Virus record (IMG/VR): IMGVR_UViG_2671180283_000013
Length of the DNA stretch: 17,125 bases
From: a virus
Lineage: Duplodnaviria > Heunggongvirae > Uroviricota > Caudoviricetes
Direction: 5' to 3' (one strand)
Below, in pieces: positions 15,431 to 17,125 of this stretch. The translations under genes were made by a program, and so were the position numbers. How positions within the stretch are numbered: the first letter of the stretch is position 1; each line of letters starts with the position of its first letter. The notes beneath the pieces were generated by a model. That model ran no database searches, was not told the origin of the DNA, and was given only the letters and a program-made list of their open reading frames with translations.

Positions 15431-15493
15431 AAGGCATATATTTCATGCAAATCTGATATTTTGCCGATTTTGTACGTGATGGCAAAAGCAAAC

Positions 15494-15521
15494 AAAACCC
15501 GCCCACAAGCGGGTTTTTTTG
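15494..15521 (+). terminator. Strong rho-independent terminator downstream of Q (tR'-like)
   Basis: AAAACCCGC-CCACAA-GCGGGTTTT: 9-bp perfect stem followed by a T-run. Confidence 0.8.
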
Positions 15522-15640
15522 TGCCACTTATCTCGGATAGACATGGTGAATGCGCTGGTGGAGGAAGCAAGGGTAATTTTTAACCAGGTGATTCTTGAAT
15601 GCTTGCAACATTGATTTCGTAACGTTATTATCCTGCGCCC

Positions 15641-15716
15641 GGCCCTTTAGCTCAGTGGTGAGAGCGAGCGACTCATAATCGCCAGGCCGCTGGTTCAAAT
15701 CCAGCAAGGGCCACCA
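15641..15716 (+). tRNA. tRNA with CAU anticodon, most like tRNA-Ile2 (lysidine type) rather than elongator Met
   Basis: Cloverleaf folded by hand: acceptor GGCCCTT/AAGGGCC, D-arm GCTCAGTGGTGAGAGC, anticodon loop CTCATAA, T-arm with TTCAAAT, 3' ACCA encoded. Anticodon arm (GCGACTCATAATCGC) resembles E. coli ileX as I recall it. Confidence 0.85.
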
Positions 15717-15723
15717 TCACATA

Positions 15724-15800
15724 CCGCCATTAGCTCATCGGGATAGAACGCCAGCCTTCGAAGCTGGTTTCGCGGGGTTCGAGTCTCCGATGGCGGTCCA
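15724..15800 (+). tRNA. tRNA-Arg (anticodon UCG)
   Basis: Anticodon stem CCAGC/GCTGG with loop CTTCGAA, T-loop TTCGAGT, acceptor CCGCCAT/ATGGCGG, CCA encoded. One mismatch in the D-stem. Confidence 0.75.
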
Positions 15801-15813
15801 TTATCGGTATTCT

Positions 15814-15890
15814 GCGTTTTTAGCTCAGCCGGACAGAGCAATTGCCTTCTAAGCAATCGGTCACTGGTTCGAACCCAGTACAACGCACCA
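15814..15890 (+). tRNA. tRNA-Arg (anticodon UCU)
   Basis: D-arm GCTCAGCCGGACAGAGC, anticodon stem ATTGC/GCAAT with loop CTTCTAA, T-loop TTCGAAC, CCA encoded. One acceptor-stem mismatch. Confidence 0.8.
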
Positions 15891-16059
15891 CACTTATTTT
15901 CCCTCGCTCGCTTTTGCGGACCTTTTTTGTATCCGCACCACGCCCGGCGCATACCAACCACAGAGCCTTTCGGGGGGAGCTTATGGAGTGGTCAGTGTGA
16001 CTTTCTCTGTGGGCAGATCGCTCCCGGGCGTTGGCTCACCCACCCAAAGGAACGTCACG

Positions 16060-16492
16060 ATGTTTGGTATTTTTGGTAAAAAAAGCCCGCAGAGCGGCAA
16101 CGGAAATTAGAAAGTTTGAAAAACGCGATCTGGCACAGGTGGTGATTAACGCCGCATACCTGGTGGCCTGTGCAGATGGTGAATGTGAGGCTTCCTAGAA
16201 AGCGAAGATCGAACAGGTACTGCGTAATCAGCCTGCGCTGTACGCGTTTACGTCAGAAATTAATGCGATTAGCGCAACCATTATCGGTCAGCTGGATACG
16301 AACTTTAAAACTGGTCGTCGTGCGGCGTTACGTGAGATCGAGGATGTGAAACACGATACGCGTGAAGCGGAAGATGTGCTGGATGTGGCGGTGGCCATTG
16401 CGGAGGCAGACGGCGAAATTGAGCCGGAAGAGCGCAAGGTGCTGGAAGAGATTGCCGGTGTTCTGGGTCTTCGTCTGGAGAATTACCTGTGA
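16060..16492 (+). pseudogene. TerB-like (tellurite-resistance TerB-family) gene disrupted by a +1 frameshift near 16105-16112 and an in-frame TAG at 16196-16198
   Basis: ATG at 16060 with AAAGGAA upstream gives MFGIFGKKSPQSGNGN then TAG. The +1 frame continues ...KFEKRDLAQVVINAAYLVACADGECEAS, then TAG, then KAKIEQVLRNQ...REAEDVLDVAVAIAEADGEIEPEERKVLEEIAGVLGLRLENYL. The two acidic D-G-E repeats are TerB-like (from memory). Confidence 0.5.
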
Positions 16493-16656
16493 CGGTAAAA
16501 CTGCGCCTGACTGTGGCTGCACTCCTGCTGTTTCTGGTGGTGATGGTGGATTTCACCAGCAGAATCATGTCGGTGCTGGCGGATGGGGTGCTGGTCTGCG
16601 GCATTATGGTATTGCTGTGGCCGGTGATAAAAAGAAACAGCCTGCATAATGCTTGA
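16489..16656 (+). CDS. Candidate small membrane protein, 55 aa (MTVKLRLTVAALLLFLVVMVDFTSRIMSVLADGVLVCGIMVLLWPVIKRNSLHNA)
   Basis: GTG at 16489 overlaps the TerB-like stop (GTGA). Strongly hydrophobic. No clear SD. Below the track length cutoff. Confidence 0.4.
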   Translation: MTVKLRLTVAALLLFLVVMVDFTSRIMSVLADGVLVCGIMVLLWPVIKRNSLHNA

Positions 16657-16857
16657 TTTTTTTGTTTGCTGTTTATTAAAAACACTTCTGCATGGTGAAT
16701 CCCCCTGTGCGGTGGGGCAATCAGCAAGAAGGAATATGGGGTAATCGCGGATTCAGGTGCTGATACTGAATTCACCGGGAGGCACCCGGCACCATGCTTT
16801 GCCACAAAAGTGTTATTTCTGTTTTTCTCAAACTATCATCGTTATCCCTTTATTTTC

Positions 16858-16884
16858 GGCTGCGCATGGCGCGGCCTTTTTTTT
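16858..16884 (+). terminator. Rho-independent terminator
   Basis: GGCTGCGC-ATG-GCGCGGCC: 8-bp stem including one G-U pair, followed by TTTTTTTT. Confidence 0.75.
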
Positions 16885-16970
16885 ACGACCAGCCACTGGC
16901 AGATGGTCATCCTGTGATTTGATTCCGCTTCCGGCTTTTTAACTCTGTTCCTCTACACGGGAGAAATTCG

Positions 16971-17125
16971 ATGTCGATTAAACATTATGATGTTGTCAGG
17001 GCGGCGTCGCCGTCAGACCTTGCGGAAAAGCTGACACACAAACTGAAAGAGGGCTGGCAGCCATACGGCGGACCGGTTGCCATTACGCCGTACACACTGA
17101 TGCAGGCGGTGGCTATTGAAGGAGA
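16971..17125 (+). CDS. Hypothetical protein, 5' part only (MSIKHYDVVRAASPSDLAEKLTHKLKEGWQPYGGPVAITPYTLMQAVAIEG...), runs off the right edge
   Basis: ATG at 16971 with GGGAGA 8 nt upstream. Frame is open to the window end. Confidence 0.6.
   Translation, partial: MSIKHYDVVRAASPSDLAEKLTHKLKEGWQPYGGPVAITPYTLMQAVAIEG

Noticed and set aside
15695-15961. 88-aa minus-strand ORF
   Set aside because: It lies entirely over the three tRNA genes, is Arg-rich, and has no RBS; it is an artefact of the tRNA sequence.
16305-16942. ORFs 16305-16805 (-), 16328-16522 (-), 16362-16649 (+) and 16757-16942 (+)
   Set aside because: They overlap the TerB-like frame and small membrane ORF in other frames, or span the strong terminator at 16858-16884; compositions are Trp/Arg-rich.
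1-17125. CRISPR arrays, IS elements, integrase or att sites
   Set aside because: I found no regularly spaced direct repeats, no transposase-like or integrase-like ORFs, and no terminal inverted repeats by eye; the prophage ends lie outside this window.

Overview
This window reads as a segment of a lambdoid, Qin/Kim-like cryptic prophage from an Escherichia-like genome. All family and gene names below come from reading the translations and from memory of the families; no database search was possible. Left arm, minus strand: a large exonuclease-like gene (partial), a ydfD-like lysis peptide, dicB, the dicF sRNA, a ydfA-like gene and the dicA repressor, with a membrane-protein gene embedded on the plus strand. 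Right of dicA, plus strand: dicC, a YdaT-like gene, a replication initiator and a 140-aa unknown. Then comes apparent cargo: a BetT-like BCCT transporter, a 425-aa membrane protein, an orphan 326-aa protein with an Mrr-like nuclease motif, and a 29-aa hydrophobic peptide. After that the prophage backbone resumes with a hok toxin, rem, a ydfU-like gene, rusA, a Q-like antiterminator, a terminator and three tRNAs (Ile-CAU, Arg-UCG, Arg-UCU), followed by a disrupted TerB-like gene. No integrase, helicase loader, structural genes or CRISPR array are visible. The most interesting candidates are the transporter/membrane-protein pair sitting at the window centre and the adjacent orphan nuclease-like gene.
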